64,000 bases of DNA. Source: a virus. Its lineage: Duplodnaviria > Caudoviricetes. The stretch is from IMG/VR virus record IMGVR_UViG_3300021400_000095. The stretch is one strand, 5' to 3'. Under the pieces are notes generated by a model. It ran no database searches and had not been told where the DNA came from. It saw only the letters and a list, made by a program, of their open reading frames with translations. The position numbers were made by a program, and so were the translations under genes. Positions 28,118-38,182 of the stretch are shown piece after piece. The stretch's first letter is position 1; each line of letters begins with the position of its first letter.

Positions 28118-29776
28118 ATGGGAAAATATATACATTTATTTGAAAATGAATCTGCATTTGATACAGATTATCATGGTGACAATTATCTTGAACCTTGGGT
28201 GAGTTTAACTGAAGATATTGAAAGGGTTAATTATAATAAAACTGAAGAAGAAAAAGAAGAAGATGAAAAGAAAAAACTTCTCACACAACCATTAACATTT
28301 GAATTTCAAGAGGATGGTGATATTAAATGGAGAAGATATTCAACAAGTGCACCTGCAATTACTATAGAATATAGTAAGAATGGTGGTGAATGGACAAGTA
28401 TTACAAGTGCAACAGGCAATTCAGCACCAAGTATATCAGTTGTATCAGGTGATACTGTTCAATTTAGAGGTAATAATGCTGCATATACAACAACAAATAA
28501 ATCTTGGAATTATTTTAATACAACCAGTGTCTGTAAAATTAAAGGAAATATAATGAGTTTAATCAATTCAACCAATTTTAGTGGTTTAACTACATTATCT
28601 AATACATATGCATTATCTGGCTTATTTAGATATTGTAGTGGTTTAATAGATGCTTGTGAATTATTTTTACCAGCAACCACATTAGCAAATAGTTGTTATC
28701 AAGAAATGTTCCAGTGTTGTGCTAGACTTATAAATGTACCTGCATTACCTGCAACAACATTAGTAAATAGTTGTTATAAAGAAATGTTTAGTGGTTGTAC
28801 TAGTTTAACAGGAGTACCTTCAAATTATTTACCAGCAGAAACATTAGCATATGGTTGTTATTCAAATATGTTTGAAGGTTGTGGTAGATTAACAACAGCA
28901 CCAGAATTACCAGCAGAAACATTAGCACCAAGTTGTTATAATAGTATGTTTAGATGTTGTAGTGGATTAACACAAGGACCAAGTAGCATTGGTACATCTG
29001 CAACTACAGTAATGCCAGGTTCTGCTTGTACCTCAATGTTTAGTACTTGTACTAGTTTAACAACAGCACCAGAATTACCTGCTACTGCATTAGAAAATTA
29101 TTGTTATCAAAGTATGTTTTGGAGTTGTACAAGTCTTCTTAATGTACCAGAATTACCAGCAAAAATATTAACAACATATTGCTGTGGAAATATGTTTCAA
29201 GGTTGTACTAGTTTAACAGGAGTACCTTCAAATTATTTACCAGCAACTACATTAGCTAGTAGTTGTTATGCTTATATGTTTGATGGTTGTACAAGTCTTG
29301 TTAATGCACCTGAATTACCAGCAACAACTTTAGCAGGAGGTTGTTATCAAAATATGTTTAGAGGTTGTACAAGTCTTGTTAATGCACCTGAATTACCTGC
29401 TGAGACATTAGCAAATTATTGTTATAATAGGATGTTCCACGGTTGTACTAGTTTAACACAAGCACCTGCATTACCTGCAACAACATTAGCAAATAGTTGT
29501 TATGTTGAAATGTTTAAAAATTGTACAAGTATTGTTAATGCCCCAGAATTACCAGCAACTACATTAGCAAATAGTTGTTATGCAGGTATGTTTAATGGCA
29601 GTACTAATTTAAATTCTATTAAATGTTTGGCAACAGATATTTCTGCATCTCAATGTACATTAGGTTGGGTAAGTGGTGTGGCATCATCTGGTACATTTGT
29701 AAAAGACCCATCAATGACATCATGGACAACAGGTACTGATGGTATTCCAACCAATTGGACTGTTCAAGATGCATAA
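28118..29776 (+). CDS. BspA-like leucine-rich-repeat protein
   Basis: 26/29-aa LRR repeats; shared N-cap and C-cap. Confidence 0.85.
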   Translation: MGKYIHLFENESAFDTDYHGDNYLEPWVSLTEDIERVNYNKTEEEKEEDEKKKLLTQPLTFEFQEDGDIKWRRYSTSAPAITIEYSKNGGEWTSITSATGNSAPSISVVSGDTVQFRGNNAAYTTTNKSWNYFNTTSVCKIKGNIMSLINSTNFSGLTTLSNTYALSGLFRYCSGLIDACELFLPATTLANSCYQEMFQCCARLINVPALPATTLVNSCYKEMFSGCTSLTGVPSNYLPAETLAYGCYSNMFEGCGRLTTAPELPAETLAPSCYNSMFRCCSGLTQGPSSIGTSATTVMPGSACTSMFSTCTSLTTAPELPATALENYCYQSMFWSCTSLLNVPELPAKILTTYCCGNMFQGCTSLTGVPSNYLPATTLASSCYAYMFDGCTSLVNAPELPATTLAGGCYQNMFRGCTSLVNAPELPAETLANYCYNRMFHGCTSLTQAPALPATTLANSCYVEMFKNCTSIVNAPELPATTLANSCYAGMFNGSTNLNSIKCLATDISASQCTLGWVSGVASSGTFVKDPSMTSWTTGTDGIPTNWTVQDA

Positions 29777-29797
29777 AAAAAGTATATATTAAAGATA

Positions 29798-29826
29798 AAG
29801 GCTCAGAGGTAAATCTGAGCCTTTTG
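29798..29826. terminator. bidirectional intrinsic terminator
   Basis: AAAGGCTCAGA-GGTAAA-TCTGAGCCTTT between convergent genes. Confidence 0.75.
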
Positions 29827-29829
29827 TTA

Positions 29830-30060
29830 TTAGATTATTTGTTTTCCAACAACAGGGTTATTTGGTCTAATATATTTCCATCCATTTTTTTCCTCATGTT
29901 CAATAAGTTTATCAAAATCAAGTTGATATGCTTCAGGTAGTAGACCACCATCCATATAATAATTTCCATGAATTCTATAGATGTCAGTATTTACTTTAAT
30001 TGCATCACCTTCTTTTAATGGAATATCTTTAACAACAATATATTTCTTATCTGGTTTCAT
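29830..30060 (-). CDS. hypothetical protein
   Basis: ORF track; ATG at 30060. Confidence 0.7.
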   Translation of the reverse strand: MKPDKKYIVVKDIPLKEGDAIKVNTDIYRIHGNYYMDGGLLPEAYQLDFDKLIEHEEKNGWKYIRPNNPVVGKQII

Positions 30061-30751
30061 TATCAACAAATCTTAATTTAAGTCTTATTTTTACATCATT
30101 ATTTTCATCTGATTTGATACATCTTTTTTCAACCCTAAACATTTTTGTCAGACAAATCTTACTAAATGGTTTACCTTGTCCATTACATTGATGCAAAATC
30201 AAAGGGCATTTAATATCTTCATTTAATGGGAACAATTCAAATACATTACAAAAACCATAAGTATTTGGGTTAATATATAATCTTACCACATCATTGGTAA
30301 TCTTAAATGATATGATGTCATTAGGTGTTGGGAAATCAAGGTCAACAAATTCCAAATAATAATGATTAGTGCAATTATCCAAATTCTCTTTTGGTAAACT
30401 GGTTGTTGTAGTTGTATTAGAGACAAAATTTAATGGTGTTCCAAAAGCAGATGTTGAGGTTGTATCATAGACTGATTCCTTTACATTTTTAAGGCCAGTA
30501 ATATTTTTCCCATTTTCACTGAACAGTTTATCACCATTTTGGATAACTTTTGTGCCATTTTTAGTTGTTTTAATTTCTTGCTTCTTATTATTAAGAGTTG
30601 CATTCATTTTATCAACTAAAGTTTGGTCAATTTTATTTTCATTTGGTTTTTTTGTTACTTGGTTTTTAGTTGAGATAAGTTTAATTGGAATTTCTCTTTT
30701 AGTTACATTTGAGTTCATTCTTTTGATTAGCAATTTGTCTTTATCATTCAT
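30047..30751 (-). CDS. hypothetical protein
   Basis: ORF track. Confidence 0.75.
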   Translation of the reverse strand: MNDKDKLLIKRMNSNVTKREIPIKLISTKNQVTKKPNENKIDQTLVDKMNATLNNKKQEIKTTKNGTKVIQNGDKLFSENGKNITGLKNVKESVYDTTSTSAFGTPLNFVSNTTTTTSLPKENLDNCTNHYYLEFVDLDFPTPNDIISFKITNDVVRLYINPNTYGFCNVFELFPLNEDIKCPLILHQCNGQGKPFSKICLTKMFRVEKRCIKSDENNDVKIRLKLRFVDNETR

Positions 30752-30766
30752 AGTTTCAATATTTTT

Positions 30767-31630
30767 TTATAATATTATTTTTCTTATTTTATCTGTTATA
30801 TTTTTTACTGGAACAAGTTCATATGACCCATCATCTTTTAGCCAAATAATTCTTCTTCCAATAACTTTAAGGCCAATATCTTCAAGACAAGTTTGATATG
30901 CATTCAATTGAATTATATAATGTCCATAATCTTCATCATATATATCATCAAATGGATAATACATCATTTTATTATGTGATTTGGAGAATTCATTATATAA
31001 ATCTTTATTTGTTTTCCAGTCCATTATGATTAAGCCACTTTTTTCATCATTTGTTGGATGTTTATAATAACATAATAAATCAAATGTTCCAGCAAAGTTT
31101 TTACTATATTGAATTTTTGGATTTGCACTTGTATATACTTTTGTTTCAGGCAATACAACCCATAAGTTTTCAGGGAATTCATTCCAAAATTTAAGGGCTG
31201 CTTCCTCTTTTGGTCTTGTTGGTATTAACCATTTTTTTTCAGGAATATATTTGTATTTATTATCTTCTGTTATATTTTCAGGATGACCCATTTTTAGCCA
31301 TGATAATGATTCACCATATGCATGAACCTGTGTTCCTGTTACAGTTGCTTTAAGATTCTTGAATTTCCATTCATTAAGCCAATATTCAGGTGTTTCACCA
31401 TTTTTTTCTGCATATGCTTTTGCTTTCAGTTCACTATCAAATTCCTCATGAAATTGTGATACAAATGCTGAAACTGAAATTAATTCCTTGTCATGTAAAA
31501 AATATTTATGTCCTTCTTCAATAAAAACCAATTCATTAAAAGTATCCAAAATCTTTTCTCTGATTTTAGTTACCTCCAATGGTTCACCATCAACCTTTAT
31601 CTTATATTTATCCTCATTCCTTAATGGCAT
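30767..31630 (-). CDS. PD-(D/E)XK nuclease (phage exonuclease-like)
   Basis: GTQVH, PETKV, AGTFDLL, IMDWKTNK, QLNAY. Confidence 0.85.
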   Translation of the reverse strand: MPLRNEDKYKIKVDGEPLEVTKIREKILDTFNELVFIEEGHKYFLHDKELISVSAFVSQFHEEFDSELKAKAYAEKNGETPEYWLNEWKFKNLKATVTGTQVHAYGESLSWLKMGHPENITEDNKYKYIPEKKWLIPTRPKEEAALKFWNEFPENLWVVLPETKVYTSANPKIQYSKNFAGTFDLLCYYKHPTNDEKSGLIIMDWKTNKDLYNEFSKSHNKMMYYPFDDIYDEDYGHYIIQLNAYQTCLEDIGLKVIGRRIIWLKDDGSYELVPVKNITDKIRKIIL

Positions 31631-31653
31631 ATTTTTTTTGTATTAGTGAATTG

Positions 31654-32535
31654 TTATTTGAAAATGTCAAACATATTTTCTTTTGAAATATAATCAATTA
31701 TTTCAATATTTTCTGGTGATATTGTGTCCATTGTATAGACACCATTTTTCATTCTTGGGTCAAAATAAAATTTTGGATTATTTGTTGCTTTTGAAACATC
31801 AATTTTCAACAATGACCATCCATCATTTTTTTGGTAATTGAATTCTTTTTCAGCATTAAACTCATTGACCCATAAAACAAATTCTTTATTTGTTAGTTCT
31901 TTCATGAAAAAATATACTCTTTCAGGATTTGAATATTGATTCCATGATGAAAATTTTGGCTTAAGCCCATATTTGTTTATTTTATTTAAATATATGTTTG
32001 GGCAAATATGATATAGGTATTTATTTTTTATGACCTCTTCAGTTACATCAACATCAAATTTTTTTTCATATATTAATCTAATAAGATTATTATACCCATT
32101 TAACTTTTCATAAATGCCACAGAACCAACCATACTTTAACAAATATTTGTCAAAATCATTTTGGTTGAAATCATTTTCATTTACATTTATTTCTATTCTT
32201 TCAGTATTATTTTGGCTATATTTGTTATAAAATATTATACCATTATAATCATGATAATATTGTTGTTTATCCAAATAAAATAATATTTTGTTTTTTTCTG
32301 TTAAATCAGAACCATCATATAAATTAAATAATGATTTTAATGCAAAAATAACATTTTTAATTGGATATGTAGATATTAAGCCTTCTTTTATTAAATAAGG
32401 TTTTCTTTCCAACATAGTGGTATACATATTTCCAGCAGCATCATGTTTAGGTAATGTATTAAATAAAACTTCTTCAACTATTTTTTTAACCATTTTACCT
32501 AATCTTTTTTCATCTATTTTAATCTTTGTTGTCAT
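31654..32535 (-). CDS. protein with C-terminal ADP-ribosyltransferase/Tpt1-like fold
   Basis: YLYHIC...I.KYGLKPK...PERVYFF...LLKID...VYTMDTISPENI. Confidence 0.55.
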   Translation of the reverse strand: MTTKIKIDEKRLGKMVKKIVEEVLFNTLPKHDAAGNMYTTMLERKPYLIKEGLISTYPIKNVIFALKSLFNLYDGSDLTEKNKILFYLDKQQYYHDYNGIIFYNKYSQNNTERIEINVNENDFNQNDFDKYLLKYGWFCGIYEKLNGYNNLIRLIYEKKFDVDVTEEVIKNKYLYHICPNIYLNKINKYGLKPKFSSWNQYSNPERVYFFMKELTNKEFVLWVNEFNAEKEFNYQKNDGWSLLKIDVSKATNNPKFYFDPRMKNGVYTMDTISPENIEIIDYISKENMFDIFK

Positions 32536-32698
32536 TTTTGGTTGAATTTAATTGTTTTATTAATGCATCTCCCATCCTAATTGCCATTCTGGCAACAATA
32601 TCAGGTGATGCCTCTAATATTGTGCCAAGTTTTCCACTCTCTAATATTCCCTGCATTGCATTAACTGCTGCTGTAAATCTCATTTCTTCTTCTGTCAT
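32519..32698 (-). CDS. hypothetical protein
   Basis: MTEEEMRFTAAVNAMQG...DALIKQL; TATATTTGCA promoter upstream. Confidence 0.7.
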   Translation of the reverse strand: MTEEEMRFTAAVNAMQGILESGKLGTILEASPDIVARMAIRMGDALIKQLNSTKNDNKD

Positions 32699-32878
32699 GC
32701 AATATTTTCTTTTTGCAAATATATAAATAATTTTCATGATTAACAAATTGTATTTTATATATTTACTATTAATTATTGATATTCTCAAATCAACATAAAT
32801 CATTGATAATCCGAAAGTTATATGTATTTTTTCATCATTTGTTAATATTTATATTTGTATAAAAATCTATATTAAACT

Positions 32879-34066
32879 ATGAGTAAGTATATACATTATT
32901 TTAACAATGAAAATGATTTTGATGAAATGAGGTCAGTTGAAAAATATTATGAACCTTGGCTTAGTTTTACAAAACAAAATAAAACACAAACTGAAGATAT
33001 TGATAGAAGTGACTATAACAAAACTGAAGAAGAAAAGGAAAGAGAAAGACTTAAGTTTGTACCATTAACATTTGAAATTCAAAGTGATGGTAATATTATA
33101 TGGAAATCAACAAATACAGGTGTTACAAGAACCATAGAATATAGTAAAGACAATGGACAAACATGGACAAGTATTACAAGTGCAACAGGAGATACAGCAC
33201 CAAGCATTTCTGTAGAAAGTGGTGATACTGTTCAATTTAGGGGTGACAATACAGCATATGGTACAAGTGGTTCTTATTATAGTTGTTTTAGTGGAAATAC
33301 TGCACAATTTAGTATTAAAGGTAATGTAATGAGTTTAATTAACTCAACTGATTTTAGTGATTTAACAACATTAGAAAGTGCATATACATTTGGTTATTTG
33401 TTTAGAAATTGCACTGGTTTAACAGATGCAAGTAATTTACTTTTACCAGCAACTAAATTAGCAAGTAACTGTTATTCAGATATGTTTTATGGTTGTACTA
33501 GTTTAACAACAGCACCAGAGTTACCAGCATCAGCATTAACAGAAAGTTGTTATTCTGGTATGTTTTATAATTGTAATAGTTTAACAACAGCACCAGAGTT
33601 ACCAGCAACAACATTAGAATATTATTGTTATCAATTTATGTTTTATGGTTGTACTAGTTTAACAACAGCACCTGCATTACCAGCAACAACATTAGTAAGT
33701 TATTGTTATGAATATATGTTTCAAGGTTGTACAAACTTAGTACAAGCACCAGAATTACCTGCAACCACATTAACAAAACAATGTTATATGAATATGTTCC
33801 AAGGTTGTACTAGTTTAACAACAGCACCTACATTACCAGCTACTACATTAGCACAATATTGCTATTATCAAATGTTTAGTGGTTGTAGTAGTTTAAATTA
33901 TATTAAATGTTTAGCAACTAATATTTCAGCAACTGACTGTACAAAAAATTGGGTATCTGGTGTGGCTAGTACTGGTACATTTGTTAAACCAGCTTCTACA
34001 GATTGGTCATCAAAAACAGGTGATAATGGTATTCCAAATAATTGGACTGTTCAAGATGCAAGTTAA
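32879..34066 (+). CDS. BspA-like leucine-rich-repeat protein
   Basis: 26-aa LRR repeats. Confidence 0.85.
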   Translation: MSKYIHYFNNENDFDEMRSVEKYYEPWLSFTKQNKTQTEDIDRSDYNKTEEEKERERLKFVPLTFEIQSDGNIIWKSTNTGVTRTIEYSKDNGQTWTSITSATGDTAPSISVESGDTVQFRGDNTAYGTSGSYYSCFSGNTAQFSIKGNVMSLINSTDFSDLTTLESAYTFGYLFRNCTGLTDASNLLLPATKLASNCYSDMFYGCTSLTTAPELPASALTESCYSGMFYNCNSLTTAPELPATTLEYYCYQFMFYGCTSLTTAPALPATTLVSYCYEYMFQGCTNLVQAPELPATTLTKQCYMNMFQGCTSLTTAPTLPATTLAQYCYYQMFSGCSSLNYIKCLATNISATDCTKNWVSGVASTGTFVKPASTDWSSKTGDNGIPNNWTVQDAS

Positions 34067-34096
34067 TAATTAATTAAAAAAAATTATATTTGCATT

Positions 34097-34212
34097 AGTC
34101 CTAACAACCAAAGGACTTTCATGGTTAGCCATTAGCATTTTAAAAGATATTGGTGGGAGTAATTAGAATAGAATCAGTTTTAAAATAATATGAATCTGGT
34201 TCTATTTTTTTT
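34097..34212 (+). ncRNA. candidate sRNA with own promoter and terminator
   Basis: TATATTTGCA at 34085; hairpin AGTCCT/AGGACT; terminator AATAGAATCAG/CTGGTTCTATT plus U-run. Confidence 0.4.
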
Positions 34213-34267
34213 ATTATTTATAACTATTTATAAGAAAATAAGAAAGTAAAAAAATATAAATATATTA

Positions 34268-34888
34268 ATGACAGCACAAGATTATTTATTAAGTGGAGGT
34301 ACACCAGTATTTTATTCAGGTAATAGTGAAAATTTAGTATGGTGTTACACATTCAATGGTGTTGATGAGAATCTTCAATGTTATGATGTCAGTGTTGGCA
34401 AAGGAATGTTAGATGTTTCAAATTATGATAACATTCCAAGTGGACTAACAAAACTTACAGGATATAATAAAATTAAATTACCTGATGGTAATATATATGG
34501 ACTTGGGTTTAATAACATGTTATTTGGTAGTAATGAACAAGAAGAAGAAGCACCAAAGAGCAGTACCAATAATGTAACCAATCAACAAACAAAATATTCA
34601 GGTTTGATTTATTATAGTGGTGGTACACAATTTGTTGATAAATTAATTGATACAGGTGGTACATATCCTTCATTAATTTTAGTTGGTGAAAATGATGAAT
34701 ATAGTTTTTCTACACAAAATTCTAGTGAATTTGTACCAGCTGTTGCAGGAAATTATTTATTTGTAATTCCATGTAGTAATATGGCTGAAGATTCTTCACT
34801 TTACATTGGAACATTTTTAGGAAAAGATTTAACTGATTTTATTATATTAATGCAGGGTGGTACAAGTTCAGAAGGCCCAGTTGAATAA
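34268..34888 (+). CDS. hypothetical protein (paralogue of next gene)
   Basis: LSGxTP...YTFNG.D...GY.K shared with 34918. Confidence 0.8.
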   Translation: MTAQDYLLSGGTPVFYSGNSENLVWCYTFNGVDENLQCYDVSVGKGMLDVSNYDNIPSGLTKLTGYNKIKLPDGNIYGLGFNNMLFGSNEQEEEAPKSSTNNVTNQQTKYSGLIYYSGGTQFVDKLIDTGGTYPSLILVGENDEYSFSTQNSSEFVPAVAGNYLFVIPCSNMAEDSSLYIGTFLGKDLTDFIILMQGGTSSEGPVE

Positions 34889-34917
34889 AGAAAATAAAAT
34901 ATAAAAATATATAAAAT

Positions 34918-35547
34918 ATGGCAAATGTTGATATAATCTTAAGTGGTTTTACACCAAGTGAAAGAGAATATTCAAGTTATGGTGATAATGAACCAGTATA
35001 TGTATATACCTTTAATGGTTTTGATGCAAATGGTAATTCATTGGACCTTAGTAATGATAAAGGAACTTATAGTATACAAGGAAATGAAAATGGTCCAGTA
35101 TTGTTAGGCTATAGTAAAGCATCTATTGAAAATCAAGTTGTTGATGTTAGTGATTTTAATAACTATGGTGATAATAATAGTAGTGGTGGTGGTAGTGGTC
35201 CTTTGAGAGAAGCTAGTTCATCAAACTCATCTGCTGGCTTAACATCTTATTATGGTATGTTAAAATGTACTTTAAATAATAATGATTATTTATTAAAAAT
35301 TGTTGGACTTACTGTAAGTAATAATTTTATTCTACTTTATTTAGTAGATAATGATAGTAATTATATGGGGGGTATTTCTTCAGATGGTGTAGTAATGATA
35401 AGTGAATCTGAAAGTTCTGAGCCTTCAGAAGTTGATGCTGGTTGGGTAATTATTTTTGGTGATAATGTATTTACTAATGGTATAAGTGCTTATAATTATT
35501 TTAGTAAAATTTTAAACATTGAAAGTGGTGAAGAAGAGAATTTATAA
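34918..35547 (+). CDS. hypothetical protein (paralogue of previous gene)
   Basis: ORF track; terminator at ~35570-35610. Confidence 0.8.
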   Translation: MANVDIILSGFTPSEREYSSYGDNEPVYVYTFNGFDANGNSLDLSNDKGTYSIQGNENGPVLLGYSKASIENQVVDVSDFNNYGDNNSSGGGSGPLREASSSNSSAGLTSYYGMLKCTLNNNDYLLKIVGLTVSNNFILLYLVDNDSNYMGGISSDGVVMISESESSEPSEVDAGWVIIFGDNVFTNGISAYNYFSKILNIESGEEENL

Positions 35548-35723
35548 GTTAACATTATAAAATAATAAAAATAGCCATGAGTTAAAAATTCATGGCCATT
35601 TTTTTTTTTATTATTAAAATATTTAATTTTTTAAACATCAACTATTCTCCATGCAATTAAATAAAAAAAATTGACAATAATATTTAATATATGTATTTTA
35701 ATATAAAAAGTAGATATAATAAT

Positions 35724-36098
35724 ATGGGAGTATTTAAGAACAAGAATGAAGAATTCAAAATGAATGACATTGTTACCTTTATTGGAAAGGAGGTCAACAA
35801 GGAAAATTTTTCTAATGAGTGTTACATTATAGCAGGTTTTGGTTTTGAAAAGTTCAACAGGAAGCCATTTGCAATATTATTACCTGTAACAACAACAATT
35901 GAAGAAAATGCAGAGGAAGGTCAAGATAATACAGAGAGCACAAAATCAGATACTTCTTTAGAGTTACTGAGGGAGATTAAACCAAGAAAGGTAATTAATT
36001 TTTCCACAATAAAGAAAGTAAAGAATGTAGTTATTGAGAAAGATTCCAGCAAGAAAAAGCACATACCTGAATTGGTTGCTGTAAGGTACATTGATTAA
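35724..36098 (+). CDS. hypothetical protein
   Basis: ORF track; ATG at 35724. Confidence 0.75.
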   Translation: MGVFKNKNEEFKMNDIVTFIGKEVNKENFSNECYIIAGFGFEKFNRKPFAILLPVTTTIEENAEEGQDNTESTKSDTSLELLREIKPRKVINFSTIKKVKNVVIEKDSSKKKHIPELVAVRYID

Positions 36099-36352
36099 AT
36101 TTTATTGCCATCATCAAACATATTATCAATTTGAAAAAAGACAGGGTTGTCTGCCATATAAGGGGTAGTCATTTTCATTAAATAAAATTTCAATGTTCTA
36201 TCACCAGTATTAACTGATTCATCATTAACATAAGAATTAAATGGTGGGTTATTGGTTTTATATCCACTACATACTTCTGTTTTAGTATCAGATATAAACT
36301 TAAAAGTTTTATACAATGTATCTGGTGATAGAGTTATTTTTTTATGATTCAT
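36095..36352 (-). CDS. hypothetical protein
   Basis: ORF track; overlaps the helicase stop. Confidence 0.7.
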   Translation of the reverse strand: MNHKKITLSPDTLYKTFKFISDTKTEVCSGYKTNNPPFNSYVNDESVNTGDRTLKFYLMKMTTPYMADNPVFFQIDNMFDDGNKI

Positions 36353-37958
36353 GGCAATGTTCTTTTATTTTCAAAAATTCATTATATAAATCTTCAACAC
36401 CTGAATAAGATTTTTCAGGTGGGAATAGTTTTTCACTTATAAAGTTAAGAGATTTTTTTGCTCTTGTTATTGCAACATATAAAATATTTTGTTCAGCATT
36501 AATTTCCCATTGTTTTGTTGCCATTTTATTTGGCATCAAGGAAGGGCATAGGATATACACATTATCAGATTCCAAGCCTTTTGCTCTATGAACAGTTGTT
36601 AATTGTATTGCATTATTTTCATCAACCTTATGTTCAATAAACAGTTCATTAATTCTGTTAATAAGTGCTGTTTTATCTTTAATATTTTCAGCCAATGAAT
36701 TAAATGTCAATAGTTCATCATATGCAATCATAACATCTGATTCACCAACAACACTTTTTAGGTCAGTATGATAAATTTCTGCACAATTTTCCCAGCATTT
36801 AATTAAATTTTTTTCCAAACCCAATCTAATTTCATCAATATCATTTGTTTGGAAATTATTTAATAAACTAATTAAATTATTTGCAAAGTCATATCCTTTG
36901 ACATAAACTTGTTTATTTTGGTTAATCAATTGTATATACAATTTAACCAATGGTGATGTTAATCTACATAAAATCATATCACCATTTTTAATATTGTCAA
37001 AGCCAACATTATAATTGATTTCACCTTCAATTGCAGACTCTGATGGAACAAAATCATTAACTATTTCTCTTGCTCTTTCTGCAATTTTTTTTGCACATCT
37101 ATATGTTATATTTAATTTAAATTGCTTAATATTTGGTTTTTTATTAAATGTTTTAAATGCATCTTCATCAGAACCACACCATGCATTAATTGTTTGAAAT
37201 GAATCACCAAAAATTAAAAACCTTGTGTTTCTTTTCATGCAAATATTAATTAAATTTTGTTGTGCTGGTGATGAATCCTGTGCTTCATCTACAAAAATGA
37301 CATCATAAGATAACCATTTTATACCACCAACAATTCCAAGTTCATATGGAAGCCAAATCATATCAGTATAATCTATTTCATTAATATTTGTGCTTCCCCA
37401 TTTCATGATTTTTCTTACTGCTTCACATTCATTGGAAAAAATATTTACACCATATTTAATAACCATCTTATTGATTTCCTTAATGGATTGCATTAAATTA
37501 AATCTGGAATAATCCAATAATTTTTCAATATTTCTCATATATCTTGCCTTGTCAGCATTTGAAAAATTATCAAATTCATTATTGAACTCATGTAAATGCT
37601 GATGAATATAATCCCTATATTTGTTGTCATTAACAACAATATTCTTATATTTTGCTTGCAAAATCTTTAACCCAAGACTATGATATGTCATTACATCAAT
37701 GTGTTGCTTTCTTTCCTTAAATCTTTCTCTTAAATTTTCAGCAATATGCACATTATATGAAAGAACAAGAACAGATTTGTCCTCAGGAACAAAAAGTGTT
37801 CCAAGTTCAATTGTCTTTGATTTTCCACTACCAGCTCTTGATTCAATGGAAGCATTACCAATTCCATGTGCTATGAAATCACATATTCTAACTTGTTCAT
37901 CTGATGGTAAATTGTCTTTTAATATGCTTTTGAATCTGTTGTCTTGCTTATCTATCAT
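36342..37958 (-). CDS. UvrD/Rep-family SF1 DNA helicase
   Basis: AGSGKS, VDEAQD, GDSFQTI, TYRC, TVHRAKGLE, YVAITRAK. Confidence 0.93.
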   Translation of the reverse strand: MIDKQDNRFKSILKDNLPSDEQVRICDFIAHGIGNASIESRAGSGKSKTIELGTLFVPEDKSVLVLSYNVHIAENLRERFKERKQHIDVMTYHSLGLKILQAKYKNIVVNDNKYRDYIHQHLHEFNNEFDNFSNADKARYMRNIEKLLDYSRFNLMQSIKEINKMVIKYGVNIFSNECEAVRKIMKWGSTNINEIDYTDMIWLPYELGIVGGIKWLSYDVIFVDEAQDSSPAQQNLINICMKRNTRFLIFGDSFQTINAWCGSDEDAFKTFNKKPNIKQFKLNITYRCAKKIAERAREIVNDFVPSESAIEGEINYNVGFDNIKNGDMILCRLTSPLVKLYIQLINQNKQVYVKGYDFANNLISLLNNFQTNDIDEIRLGLEKNLIKCWENCAEIYHTDLKSVVGESDVMIAYDELLTFNSLAENIKDKTALINRINELFIEHKVDENNAIQLTTVHRAKGLESDNVYILCPSLMPNKMATKQWEINAEQNILYVAITRAKKSLNFISEKLFPPEKSYSGVEDLYNEFLKIKEHCHES

Positions 37959-38182
37959 TTTATCTTTTTTATACAAATATATAAAAATATTTTGTTTTTT
38001 TCAAACAATTATAATATATATTATTGAATCATCTTGAAAGTGAGCATATATTTTTTAGTTACTGAGTGCCTTTTCCTGCTAATGATTCAAAATAAGGGGA
38101 TATTTTTATCCCCTTATCTCTTTTTTGTTGGTTTACAAACTATTTAATATATAGAATAATTGTAATTTAGATATATTAAAAT

